From positions 143-64,142 of the forward strand of contig JBAYLH010000006.1 in the NCBI GenBank assembly GCA_041664165.1: 64,000 bases of DNA, given 5' to 3'. Numbering within the stretch: the stretch's first letter is position 1; the number at the start of each line of letters is the position of its first letter. Source of the DNA: Candidatus Buchananbacteria bacterium. Its GTDB lineage: Bacteria > Patescibacteriota > Patescibacteriia > Buchananbacterales > UBA6539. This document shows, piece after piece, positions 26,592-35,990 of the stretch. A program made the position numbers and the translations under genes. The notes beneath the pieces are model-generated. The model was not told where the DNA came from. It saw only the letters and a program-made list of their open reading frames with translations, and did not search any database.

Positions 26592-27728
26592 TTATTTTTG
26601 CCCAAGTCTTTCTTTAATTTTGCCGATTACTTCTTTTTCCGCATCCAAAAGAGTTGTTTCGGGCAAGCAAAACTGGGATTGGGTTTTTGAGCCGGTCGGA
26701 TTAAAGGCGCTGGCTAAGTATAAGGCGTTATGGTCTTTGAAGGTATTGACTAAAACGCAGGTTCGGCCGGAGATTTGGTAAATTAAAACCACAATTTCTA
26801 TGCCGGGGATAAAAGATATCAATTCTTCAATTACATCGGGCAGATCTTTGGCGTCGGCTTTGGCTTCCAAAAAATCATGGTCAGTCAAAAGCGACCAGAC
26901 CAGTTTATTGCCCGACTCGCTTTTTAATCTCGCCAAAACCCGGCCCCATAAGTTTAAGGTCTGCAAAGTCCGGCTTCGGTATAAATTTTTGATAATCACG
27001 TCCCGTTCGGCGTCAGCGGCCAAGAGGCTGCCGGCAATTTCCAAAGTTTTCGGCGTTACGTTCGGGGTTTTAAAGCTTTTGGTTTTGGCCACCATGCCAG
27101 TCAGCAGACAAGTGGCGATATCTTTATCCAGCAAATTTTTGTCTAAAGAATTAATCAGGTTGAATAAAATTTCGGCGGTGGCCACGGCATTCATATTGGT
27201 TAAATTGATTTGGCCGAAGTGTTCGTTTTCGGCATGATGGTCGATATTGGCCAAGTCGGTGTTATAGAAAAATTCCGTGAAGTTGGCAAAGATTTTTCCC
27301 AGCGAAGCTAAATCGGGAGTATCCAAAGTAATGATCAAATCATATTTGTACTCGGAATTTTCGGCATTGACGTGTTCTTTGTTGAAAGATCCGGACTTAG
27401 GGACAATATAGATTTTTAATTTGTCGCCTTCCAAATTATAGCTGAATTCTTCAATTTTATCTTTATCGGCGTCAATACTGATGACAAATTTTTGCAGATT
27501 GGAAACCTGGGAATTAATTACGTCGGCCGAGGGCAAGAATTTCAAATTTTTTGGTAAAATAAAATCGTCGCAGACAATATCAACTAGCTTATCCTGCTTT
27601 TTCAAAACTAAATAGAGCGCTAAAGCCGAAGCCACAGCGTCTATGGAAAAGTCCTTGGGAAAAGTGATCAGAACGTGATGACTCTTTTTGATCACCTCCT
27701 GGAGTTGCTGAATTTCGTTTAAAGCCAT
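26592..27728 (-). CDS. DHH-family phosphoesterase (NrnA-like, degenerate motif I)
   Basis: ITLDT, NIDHH, ATCLLTG...T.SF. Confidence 0.85.
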   Translation of the reverse strand: MALNEIQQLQEVIKKSHHVLITFPKDFSIDAVASALALYLVLKKQDKLVDIVCDDFILPKNLKFLPSADVINSQVSNLQKFVISIDADKDKIEEFSYNLEGDKLKIYIVPKSGSFNKEHVNAENSEYKYDLIITLDTPDLASLGKIFANFTEFFYNTDLANIDHHAENEHFGQINLTNMNAVATAEILFNLINSLDKNLLDKDIATCLLTGMVAKTKSFKTPNVTPKTLEIAGSLLAADAERDVIIKNLYRSRTLQTLNLWGRVLARLKSESGNKLVWSLLTDHDFLEAKADAKDLPDVIEELISFIPGIEIVVLIYQISGRTCVLVNTFKDHNALYLASAFNPTGSKTQSQFCLPETTLLDAEKEVIGKIKERLGQK

Positions 27729-27734
27729 AGAGTA

Positions 27735-27870
27735 ATAAATCCGAAATCCGAAGCACTAAATCCAAAACAAATTATAATGTTTCAAATCATAAATACCAAA
27801 CTGTTTGGAATTTAAAAAATCGGGATTTGTTATTTGTTTAAGATTTAGGGTTTAGTGCTTAGGATTTTTT
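27735..27870. repeat. Heptamer-periodic imperfect inverted repeat
   Basis: TAAATCC GAAATCC GAAGCAC TAAATCC ... AGATTTA GGGTTTA GTGCTTA GGATTT. Confidence 0.75.
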
Positions 27871-28018
27871 GAAACACAAAGTCTATTATTATACCCCCTT
27901 TTAGGGGATTTGTCATCTTAATGGTTTAGCCAGGTTGTGTCAATAGGCGTTAAACCTGACCTTGCCTAAAAGCGGGGAATTAGCTAAAATAACAGTATTA
28001 AATCTTAATAATTTTGCC

Positions 28019-29209
28019 ATGAATGACAAAGAAAAACAGATCGAAGCAGTGCTTACTCGGGGAGTGGAAAATATCTACCCCAGCAAGGAAGCCTTAAAAA
28101 AACTTTTAATGTCGGGTAAAAAAATTACTCTTTATTGCGGCTACGATCCGAATTCACCAACGCTGCATATAGGTCATGGAATTACGATTAGAAAATTAGC
28201 CCAGTTTCAGCAATTAGGCCATCAGGTAATTTTTTTATTTGGTGATTTTACCGGTCAAATTGGGGACCCGGATAAATTGAGCGTCCGGCAGCAAATCAGT
28301 CACCAAGAAGTTTTAGCTAATCTAACCGGTTGGAAAAAACAAATCAGAAATCTAATTAATACTGATAAAATTGGTTTTAAATTTAATTCAAAATGGCTGT
28401 CTAAGTTGCAATTTTCTGATTTAATTGAAATCGCCAAAAATTTTACGGTTCAGCAGTTAATGGATCGTGATATGTTTCAGGAAAGATTAAAAATTGACCG
28501 GCCGATTTATCTTCATGAATTTTTTTATCCCTTAATGCAGGCTTATGATAGTGTGGCGATGGATGTTGATTTGGAAATTGGCGGTAATGACCAGACTTTT
28601 AATATGTTAGCCGGCCGGACCTTGATGAAAGCGATGAAGGGCAAAGAAAAATTTGTTTTAACGATGAAGCTTTTGGCCGATCCAACTGGAAAAAAGATGG
28701 GGAAATCAGAAGGTAATATGATTACCTTAGCTGACACTCCTAATGACATTTATGGCAAAGTGATGAGCTGGACTGACGAAATGATTTTGCCGGCGTTTGA
28801 GATTTTGACTAGTGTGCCAATGCCGGAGATTGCCCAAATCAAAAAAGATTTGCAAAACGGCAAAAATCCTAAAATTTTAAAAATGCTTTTGGCCTACAAA
28901 GTCGTTGAAGTCTATCACGGCCAGCCAGCTGCCATTACGGCCGAAGAAAATTTCAAGCAGGTTTTCGAGGAAGGCTTGAACCCCGACCAAATGCCGGTTT
29001 TTAAAACCGACAAAAGAAATATTATCGAGGTTTTAATCGTTACCAAATTAGCCAGTTCTAAAATGGAAGCGAGGCGATTAATTGCCCAAGGGGGCGTTAA
29101 AGTTGATACCAAAACCATTGACAGTGAAGATTTTAAAATTGGAAAAATCGATGCTGACGGGGTGGTAATTCAGAAAGGCAAACGGCATTTTGCGAAAATA
29201 GTTGATTAG
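28019..29209 (+). CDS. tyrS: Tyrosine--tRNA ligase
   Basis: GYDP...HIGH, YPLMQAYD, GGNDQ, KMGKS, C-terminal S4 domain. Confidence 0.97.
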   Translation: MNDKEKQIEAVLTRGVENIYPSKEALKKLLMSGKKITLYCGYDPNSPTLHIGHGITIRKLAQFQQLGHQVIFLFGDFTGQIGDPDKLSVRQQISHQEVLANLTGWKKQIRNLINTDKIGFKFNSKWLSKLQFSDLIEIAKNFTVQQLMDRDMFQERLKIDRPIYLHEFFYPLMQAYDSVAMDVDLEIGGNDQTFNMLAGRTLMKAMKGKEKFVLTMKLLADPTGKKMGKSEGNMITLADTPNDIYGKVMSWTDEMILPAFEILTSVPMPEIAQIKKDLQNGKNPKILKMLLAYKVVEVYHGQPAAITAEENFKQVFEEGLNPDQMPVFKTDKRNIIEVLIVTKLASSKMEARRLIAQGGVKVDTKTIDSEDFKIGKIDADGVVIQKGKRHFAKIVD

Positions 29210-29352
29210 GTTTTAGGTCGTTAGGTTTTAGGTTTGGTTTTGGAGCAAGTTAAAAGTCAGGAAAATATTAAATATTCTTATTAGAAAATTAGAGATATAA
29301 ATTATCTGCCTAGTCCCTAACTAGCTAGAGCCTAGAGCCTAATTATCTAACT
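29207..29352. repeat. Heptamer-periodic imperfect inverted repeat
   Basis: TAGGTTT TAGGTCGT TAGGTTT TAGG ... CCTAGTC CCTAACT...CCTAGAG CCTAA. Confidence 0.6.
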
Positions 29353-29354
29353 AT

Positions 29355-29717
29355 ATGGCAAAAAAAATTCTAATTATCGAAGACGAAAAAGCGTTAATTA
29401 GGAATTTGGAATTGGCTTTACGCGATGAGTATGAAGTTTTAAGCGCCGTTTCGGCCGAGGAAGGTCTGAGTAAAATTAAAAAAAACAAACCGGATCTGAT
29501 TTTGTTGGATGTGATTTTACCGGACAAAGACGGCATTGAAGTTTTGCAGAAATTAAAGAGCGGCAAAGATACTCGCGATATTCCGGTGATTGTTTTGACC
29601 AATTTGAGCGACAGTGTTACGGTCAGTAAAATTTTGGCGGCCGGCGGCAAAGAGTATTTAGTGAAATCGGACTGGGGAATCAGTGAAATCGTTAAAAAAA
29701 TTGAAACTATAATTTAG
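29355..29717 (+). CDS. Single-domain response regulator
   Basis: ILIIEDE, DLILLD, P.KDG, LTNL, YLVK. Confidence 0.93.
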   Translation: MAKKILIIEDEKALIRNLELALRDEYEVLSAVSAEEGLSKIKKNKPDLILLDVILPDKDGIEVLQKLKSGKDTRDIPVIVLTNLSDSVTVSKILAAGGKEYLVKSDWGISEIVKKIETII

Positions 29718-29875
29718 TTTTTAAAAAGTTTAAAAAAGGCCAGCGTTTTCGGCACTGGTTTTTTTGTTTGGGTTGACTTTTGGGTTTTTTAGTGGTACCT
29801 TAGAAAATACTTTTTAGCTAGGTGGCTACTAAGCAGGCAGAAACCAGAAGAAGTAAGCAAGAAGGAGGAGGTTAG

Positions 29876-30115
29876 ATGAGGCAGAACCGAAGAACAAAGC
29901 CGCCATTAACGGCGCCAAAATCAGAAGTGATTCAGGAAGTATTGTCGGCCTTGTGCTCTTTGGCCACCAGCAACAAAGTGGAAGATCCGGCTCGGGAAAT
30001 CGGAATCATCCGGTCGGAAGTCCGAAAACACAGGATCACGGAAAACGTTTTGCGCCATGCCATGGGCTGGCCCCCGGCTCCGCGAAAGCGTCATCCACAA
30101 AAGGCTGCGGCTTAG
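29876..30115 (+). CDS. 79-aa basic hypothetical protein
   Basis: Strong SD GGAGGAGG; own promoter (TTGACT) and a downstream hairpin with T run. Confidence 0.65.
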   Translation: MRQNRRTKPPLTAPKSEVIQEVLSALCSLATSNKVEDPAREIGIIRSEVRKHRITENVLRHAMGWPPAPRKRHPQKAAA

Positions 30116-30276
30116 CGGGGTTACTTCTCAGTTCCTTGTTTCGGACCGACAAGTGGTTTTGTCGGTCCTCTTTTTTTATGGATTGACAAGAGGATTGATT
30201 TTCAATAAGGTTAATTTGGCTTACAGCTATTGTTCATTTTCACAATCGACCGCGGGTTATTAGGAGGGAAATCCCA

Positions 30277-31368
30277 ATGGATCAAACTGAGCAAATAAAA
30301 AGGATGCTTTTTTTCTGCATCGAAACCGCCTTAGAACGAGGGGCTTCGGATATTCATCTTTCGCCCGGCGCTCCACCTCGGATCCGGTGGCATGGCAAGA
30401 TCGTTGATCTTGATTGGCCAGTTATCAATCCGTCTGATACCGAACAAGCCATGAGGCTGCTTTTAGCCAAGGATAACCAAGATGAGGTTATCGGACCGAA
30501 TGGTGATGCTGATTTCGCTAAAACCTTTGACCAGTTTCAAGCTCGGTTTCGCGGTAACATCTGCCGGACCCAGAATGGCCTAGTCATTGCGTTGCGGCAT
30601 TTGCCTAATGACATTCCGGCAATGGAGGAGATAGGTTTGCCCAGCCAAGTGATTCAGCGTTTACTCTCTTGCCAGCAAGGTGGCATTATTTTAGTCACCG
30701 GCCCGACTGGTTCTGGTAAGACGACGACTTTAGCTTCAATGATTAACTACTTGAATGTGACTCGGGCGTTACACATTATTACGGTTGAGGCGCCGGTAGA
30801 GTATGTTCACCCACACAAGAGATCAAGTGTTGATCAGCGGGAAATGCCGCTGGATACGCCGTCGTTTGCAGCGGCGGTTCGGTGTGCTTTACGTCAGGAT
30901 CCTGACGTGATTTTGGTCGGTGAAATGCGCGACTTAGAAACCATTGCGGCCGCGATCACAGCGGCGGAAACCGGCCATATGGTCTTAGCCACTCTGCATA
31001 CTAATTCGGCGGCGGATACGATTAACCGGATTATTGATGCGTTTCCGCTTAGCCAGCAGTCACAGATTAGGGTTCAATTGGCCACGTCTTTGCTGGCGGT
31101 GATTTCTCAGCGACTTTTGCCGCGGGCCGATGATTCCGGTCGGGTAGCGGCTTTCGAGTTGATGATCAATAACACGGCGATCAGGTCTCATATCCGCGAT
31201 AACAAAACGTTGCAGATTAACTCAACGATTGAAACCAGCAAGAAAGAGGGGATGGTTCGTTTTGATGATCATTTGGCCGGGCTAGTTAGTAAGAGGATTG
31301 TGGCTTTTGAAACCGCTTTGAAGTTTGCCTGCGAGCCGAAAGATTTTCCCGGCCGGGTAAATCGGTAA
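30277..31368 (+). CDS. pilT: Type IV pilus retraction ATPase
   Basis: ASDIH, GPTGSGKTTT, ALRQDPDVILVGEMRD, AETGH...TLHT, AIRSHIRD. Confidence 0.92.
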   Translation: MDQTEQIKRMLFFCIETALERGASDIHLSPGAPPRIRWHGKIVDLDWPVINPSDTEQAMRLLLAKDNQDEVIGPNGDADFAKTFDQFQARFRGNICRTQNGLVIALRHLPNDIPAMEEIGLPSQVIQRLLSCQQGGIILVTGPTGSGKTTTLASMINYLNVTRALHIITVEAPVEYVHPHKRSSVDQREMPLDTPSFAAAVRCALRQDPDVILVGEMRDLETIAAAITAAETGHMVLATLHTNSAADTINRIIDAFPLSQQSQIRVQLATSLLAVISQRLLPRADDSGRVAAFELMINNTAIRSHIRDNKTLQINSTIETSKKEGMVRFDDHLAGLVSKRIVAFETALKFACEPKDFPGRVNR

Positions 31369-31429
31369 GTAGTAAACAAACATCTTGGACCAAAATACAA
31401 TTTTTGGTCCTTTTTTTATCAATCAATAA

Positions 31430-31633
31430 AGGCAGGGGGCATCCCAGCTTTTTTCCCAGATGATGGGGTTTGGCCGAGAGGATGGACCTGCCTTTAAAGT
31501 TGCTGTTCAATCATGGCAACTTGGACTTAATTGTGAGCTTCTTTTTTGGAGAGCGGATAACTGGTACTGCCGGCCTCTAGTAACACTTTAGTAGTGGTTT
31601 TTAGACCAGAATTTTGCCAGTTGCCCCCTGCCT
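31430..31633 (-). ncRNA. Candidate 6S-like rod-shaped RNA
   Basis: 12-bp closing stem AGGCAGGGGGCA/TGCCCCCTGCCT, A/C-rich central bubble, GGCCG/CGGCC stem, hairpin GTTGC/GCAAC; G-U pairs favour the minus strand. Confidence 0.5.
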
Positions 31634-31668
31634 GTTGCACTTATGTAGACGCTGGAATTTTAGTTTTG

Positions 31669-33225
31669 TTACAACTGGCTGGTTTTTCGGCTAATTAAAC
31701 TGGTGCCGGTCATTTCCTTGGGTTTTTTAACTTTTAACAAGTCTAAAATGGTCGGCGCGATATCGGCTAAAATACCATTGGGTTTTAATTTAACTCGGCC
31801 GACCCCGACTAAAAACAAGGGGACATCGGCGGCGGTGTGAGCGGTGTGCGGCTGGTTCGCCTGGCAGTCCCAGCAAAGTTCCGCATCGCCGTGGTCGGCC
31901 GTGATAATGGCAACGCCTTTTTGTTTTTTGATTTGATCCAAAACTAAGCCGACAGCCTCGTCAACGGTTTTAATGCCGGTGATAATGGCTTTTTTTACGC
32001 CGGTATGGCCCAAAATATCCGGATTGGCGAAATTAACAATAATCACGTCGTATTTATTTTCTTTCAATTTCTTGACCGCGGTCTGGGCGATTTCTTTGGC
32101 TTTCATCTCCGGTTTTAAATCATAAGTTTCAACTTTGTCAGACGGGATTAAAATTCGGTCTTCGCCGGGAAACGGCTTTTCTTTCATGGCGTTTAAAATG
32201 GTGGTGAGATAAACCCATTTTTCCGTCTCGGAAATTCTCAGCTGTTTTTTGCCGGCTTGGCTTAGAACTTCGCCCAGGCAGTTTTTGACTTCGGGTAAAA
32301 CAAAAGCCGCCGGCGCTTTTAAGTCTTTGTAATATTTGGTCGCCGCCACGTAATGAATTGCCGGTTTTCCCCCAGCCCGGCTAAAACCTTCAAATTCGGT
32401 TTCCGTTAAAGCCTGGGATATTTCAATTTCCCGGTCAAGTCGGTAATTAAAATTAATCACCACATCATTTTTTTTCATTCCCTGGTAGCTATTAATAATA
32501 GTCGGCTGGATAAACTCATCATTTTCTTGGCGCCGATAGGCCCTGTCAACCGCTTGGCTGACAGTTTTGGCTTGGTATTTGGCCTGGCCATAGACTAAGG
32601 CATTAAAAGTTTTTTCGACTCTTTCCCAGCGGTGGTCGCGGTCCATAGCCCAGATGCGGCCGATAATCGTTTTAATGACTGAGGTTTTTATTTTCAGTTC
32701 GTTTAACTTTTCGGTTAGCCGTTTTAAGTAATGCCGCGCCATTTTCGGCTCAGTATCTCGGCCGTCGGAAAAAACGTGGATATTAATTTTATTTGGATTG
32801 ATTTTATTTTTTATTGCCATTTCTAAAAGAGCGTGTAAAGTTATGTCGTAGCTATGAACCCCTTTGTCTGACAGCAGCCCGAGAAAATGAACATTAGATT
32901 TATTTTTTTTGGCTAGCCGGAAAGCCTTAAGGTAAACCGGGTTTTTGAAAATTTTCCCGGTGGCAATGGCGTGAGTAATTATGGTTTGCGGCAGTAAAAC
33001 ATTCCGGCCGGCGCCGATGATATAGTGGCCGATTTCCGAACTGCCCTGGTGACCCAAAGTTAAACCGATTTTGGTGCCGGCGGCGCCGATTACGGTATTT
33101 GGATAATTTTTAATCAAGCTATCAATCACCGGCGTCGGTGCCAGAAAAATCGGGTTATGTTCCCACTCGTCGCCAATGCCCCAGCCGTCTAAGATCATTA
33201 AAACTAAGGGTGAAATTTTTTTCAT
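31669..33225 (-). CDS. gpmI: 2,3-bisphosphoglycerate-independent phosphoglycerate mutase
   Basis: ILDGWG, GSSEIGH, DGRD, AMDRD, NPDILGHTG, TADHG. Confidence 0.95.
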   Translation of the reverse strand: MKKISPLVLMILDGWGIGDEWEHNPIFLAPTPVIDSLIKNYPNTVIGAAGTKIGLTLGHQGSSEIGHYIIGAGRNVLLPQTIITHAIATGKIFKNPVYLKAFRLAKKNKSNVHFLGLLSDKGVHSYDITLHALLEMAIKNKINPNKINIHVFSDGRDTEPKMARHYLKRLTEKLNELKIKTSVIKTIIGRIWAMDRDHRWERVEKTFNALVYGQAKYQAKTVSQAVDRAYRRQENDEFIQPTIINSYQGMKKNDVVINFNYRLDREIEISQALTETEFEGFSRAGGKPAIHYVAATKYYKDLKAPAAFVLPEVKNCLGEVLSQAGKKQLRISETEKWVYLTTILNAMKEKPFPGEDRILIPSDKVETYDLKPEMKAKEIAQTAVKKLKENKYDVIIVNFANPDILGHTGVKKAIITGIKTVDEAVGLVLDQIKKQKGVAIITADHGDAELCWDCQANQPHTAHTAADVPLFLVGVGRVKLKPNGILADIAPTILDLLKVKKPKEMTGTSLISRKTSQL

Positions 33226-34397
33226 AAAGTTAGTTTTAGTTTTTGATAAATTTCAAAAAGCCGGTCAAAAGTCTTGTCCCAGCTTTGGCTTAAAGCTTTG
33301 ACCCTGGCTTTTTGGCCCATTAATTCTCTTTTAGCTTGGTTTTTAATTAGTAAATCAACCGCCTGGCCAAAAGCTTTAGGTGTCGGTTCGGAAATTAAGC
33401 CGTCAATATTATGGCTGACTAGTTCTTTCGGTCCGCCGCGATCAGTTACAATTGCCGGCAGGCCGGAAGCTTGGGCTTCCAAAATGACATTGCCAAAAGT
33501 GTCGGTTACCGAAGGGAAAACAAAAAAGTCGGCATTGGCGTAAACCCAGCCGAGCTTCGAACCGGAGAGATAGCCAAAAAATGTCGCCTTGGGCAATTGA
33601 GCTTTTAAGCCTTGGCCATACGGGCCTTCGCCAGCCAGCCAGAGCTTAACGTCGGTTCGGTTTTTAAAAACTGAAACCAGTAAGTCTAAATTTTTTTCAG
33701 TTGACAGCCGGCCGACATACAAAGCCACCGGCAATTTTTCTTTTCTTTTTGGACTTTTGTATTTGGGGCTAAAAATTTCTGTCTTGACTCCACGGGGAAA
33801 GATTTCAATTGGCCGGCCTAGAATTTTTAAGTTATCTTTAATCGTTTGTGTCGGCGCCAAGACAAGATCGGTTTTGGCGTAAAACCATTTTAAAAACCGC
33901 CAGGTGGCCGCGTGGGACAAATCAGTCATTGAATCGCGGATGTAATCCGGCAGTTTTTTCAAACCGTTTTTGGTCCAGCAGCTGACGTATTCCGCCAGCA
34001 GAGTATGGAAAACCCCGATTTTGGGAGTTGGGTTTTTGGCTAATAAAATTCGGGCGGCAATGCCAAGCGAACCCGGAGTAGCCAGATGAAAAATATCATA
34101 TTTGCCACTGAGCAGTTTTTCTTTAAAGCCGGGCGAAATAATTTTAGCGTCAAACGGCGGCAAATCATGATAATAATTCACCGGCCAGACAGCGGTAAAC
34201 TGATAAATTCTGACTGAGCCCAGTTTTTTAGTTTTGGTCGTTTTGCCAATGGTAAAAATATCAACGGCCAGATTTTTATGCCGGCAGTATTTAACCAATT
34301 CCTGGTAAGTCCGGGAAACGCCGTTGATGGCATAAAATGAATCGGTGATGATGGCGATTTTTGCGCCAGAAGTGGCGGGCATACTCCATTTTTTCAT
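33222..34397 (-). CDS. GT4 glycosyltransferase
   Basis: NGVSRT, YVGRLSTEKN, FPSVTDTFGNVILEAQASG. Confidence 0.92.
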   Translation of the reverse strand: MKKWSMPATSGAKIAIITDSFYAINGVSRTYQELVKYCRHKNLAVDIFTIGKTTKTKKLGSVRIYQFTAVWPVNYYHDLPPFDAKIISPGFKEKLLSGKYDIFHLATPGSLGIAARILLAKNPTPKIGVFHTLLAEYVSCWTKNGLKKLPDYIRDSMTDLSHAATWRFLKWFYAKTDLVLAPTQTIKDNLKILGRPIEIFPRGVKTEIFSPKYKSPKRKEKLPVALYVGRLSTEKNLDLLVSVFKNRTDVKLWLAGEGPYGQGLKAQLPKATFFGYLSGSKLGWVYANADFFVFPSVTDTFGNVILEAQASGLPAIVTDRGGPKELVSHNIDGLISEPTPKAFGQAVDLLIKNQAKRELMGQKARVKALSQSWDKTFDRLFEIYQKLKLTL

Positions 34398-34513
34398 ACC
34401 TTATTATTATAGCAATTATAATTTTAATCTACGAATTAATGAATAATATGAGTACTCATAGGCCTGTCTGGGTAATTATTCGACGCTATGTTAAACATTC
34501 GGTGTGTGTATTT

Positions 34514-34660
34514 GGCTGCCTCGTCGGCTCGCCTCGCTTCCGAGTCGGAGCGGGCTCGCCTCACTCGACGCGAGTCGGAGCGGGCGAGACGGGTTTAACC
34601 CCGCACCAAAATTAGTATTTGTAGCTGCTCGGCTTCGCCTCGTAGACAAATACTAAAAAA
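34514..34660. repeat. Nested GCTCGCC...GAGCGGGC repeats plus a TAGTATTTG/CAAATACTA hairpin and CCCCGCACC element
   Basis: The reverse complement of 34593-34660 closely matches 26032-26116. Confidence 0.7.
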
Positions 34661-34734
34661 AAGACCCCGCACCTTTTTCCTGAAACAAGTTCAGGATTAG
34701 TGCGGGGTTGAATTGAGCCGAGCGGCTGGTATGA

Positions 34735-35706
34735 TCAGGCGCGCGGCAGGGATTCGAGAAAGCGCTGTCGAGTGAAAAGGGAAAAATCGCAGCGATCCGG
34801 ATCGATGGCCTGATTGGCCAACGAGAACAATACCGGAAGGCAGGTCCTCTCGCCGGGAAGAAGCTGCACTTCAGAGCCGATGTCTTCCATCTCAACCATT
34901 GCTGGACCGGGGTTTCCCGTCTTTGACCACGGACCAACGTACATCGCGGCGTTGCACCCGGGGATGGGGTAGGACAAATTGCGATCGAAAGGCATCGCGG
35001 CCTTGAATAGCGTTTGGTCGCTGTCCGGCATAATCATGGCTTGCCCGCCAAAGGGGGAACACCAGGCGCGTTTAGCCTCAAAGCCAGTTGGCCGGAGAAG
35101 GTGCAGCCACTGCCCGTTCATGATAGTTCGACTGAATTGCGCATCGCCTTCGGCGCTGGTTTCGTGGCCACCACCCCAGCTTGGGAAGTGCACGATCGTG
35201 GATGAATCCCAAGCAGCATTGCCGGTGTTCAAGCGACTGGCGTAGAACGCGTTGGTACCCACCGGGTCGGTGCAGGTGATTGGCCAGATTCCGCCGGCAA
35301 TGAGCATATCTCCGGCATTCTCGACGAAGTTGACCACCTCGACCATGTTGTCCGCTAGGGGCCGGACAATGAACCCTTTGACAAGCTGCATTGCGTCCGG
35401 AGGTGCCGTGAAAACGAAGCTGTCGTCATCGAGCGATTTGATTTCGATTGGGCCAGTGTCGGGAGTGTAAGCCCCGTCGTGTTCGTCCGCGCCCTTCGAT
35501 GCCCACCAGATCCGGTGGCCACCGATCAACTTCCACAACCCGCGCCCGAACTTACCCTTCGAATCGAAATAGAGCAAGTTCCTTTCCATGCTTGAGCCGA
35601 GATGGACGATTCGCAGAGCCGTCGTGAGGATCACCAGTTCGATTCCGGGCAGACTTAGTTGAAATGCTGGTTGATCATGAAAATCAACGTACTTTCCCGT
35701 AAACAT
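34735..35706 (-). CDS. Hypothetical protein, DUF4380/galactose-mutarotase-like
   Basis: GGHRIWW motif, late VEME; GC-richer than flanking genes; SD AGGAG. Confidence 0.6.
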   Translation of the reverse strand: MFTGKYVDFHDQPAFQLSLPGIELVILTTALRIVHLGSSMERNLLYFDSKGKFGRGLWKLIGGHRIWWASKGADEHDGAYTPDTGPIEIKSLDDDSFVFTAPPDAMQLVKGFIVRPLADNMVEVVNFVENAGDMLIAGGIWPITCTDPVGTNAFYASRLNTGNAAWDSSTIVHFPSWGGGHETSAEGDAQFSRTIMNGQWLHLLRPTGFEAKRAWCSPFGGQAMIMPDSDQTLFKAAMPFDRNLSYPIPGCNAAMYVGPWSKTGNPGPAMVEMEDIGSEVQLLPGERTCLPVLFSLANQAIDPDRCDFSLFTRQRFLESLPRA

Positions 35707-35990
35707 AGTTTTCTTTTACTCCTGTATTGTTGCTGAACTTCGTTTCGGTTTTTTACTGTTTTCTCAGACTGAACCGACGGGGCGCAGTCTTTTATTGGCT
35801 TCCTTTATCCCTCTGCACCCTGCAGAAGTGCAGAGACACTGCTGTTGGATACTAAACCCGTTTCACCCTCCTTTCTTTGGGTCTGGTTTTTGGTTTTGAA
35901 AAAGAGCAGGCCTAAACCTCCTCCTTGCTAGCCTTACCCTAGCCGATTTTAACTCATTTGTCAACGGTAAATTCCTCCATTATTTTTTAG

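Noticed and set aside
27870-28018. T-box before tyrS
   Set aside because: No T-box consensus or leader terminator
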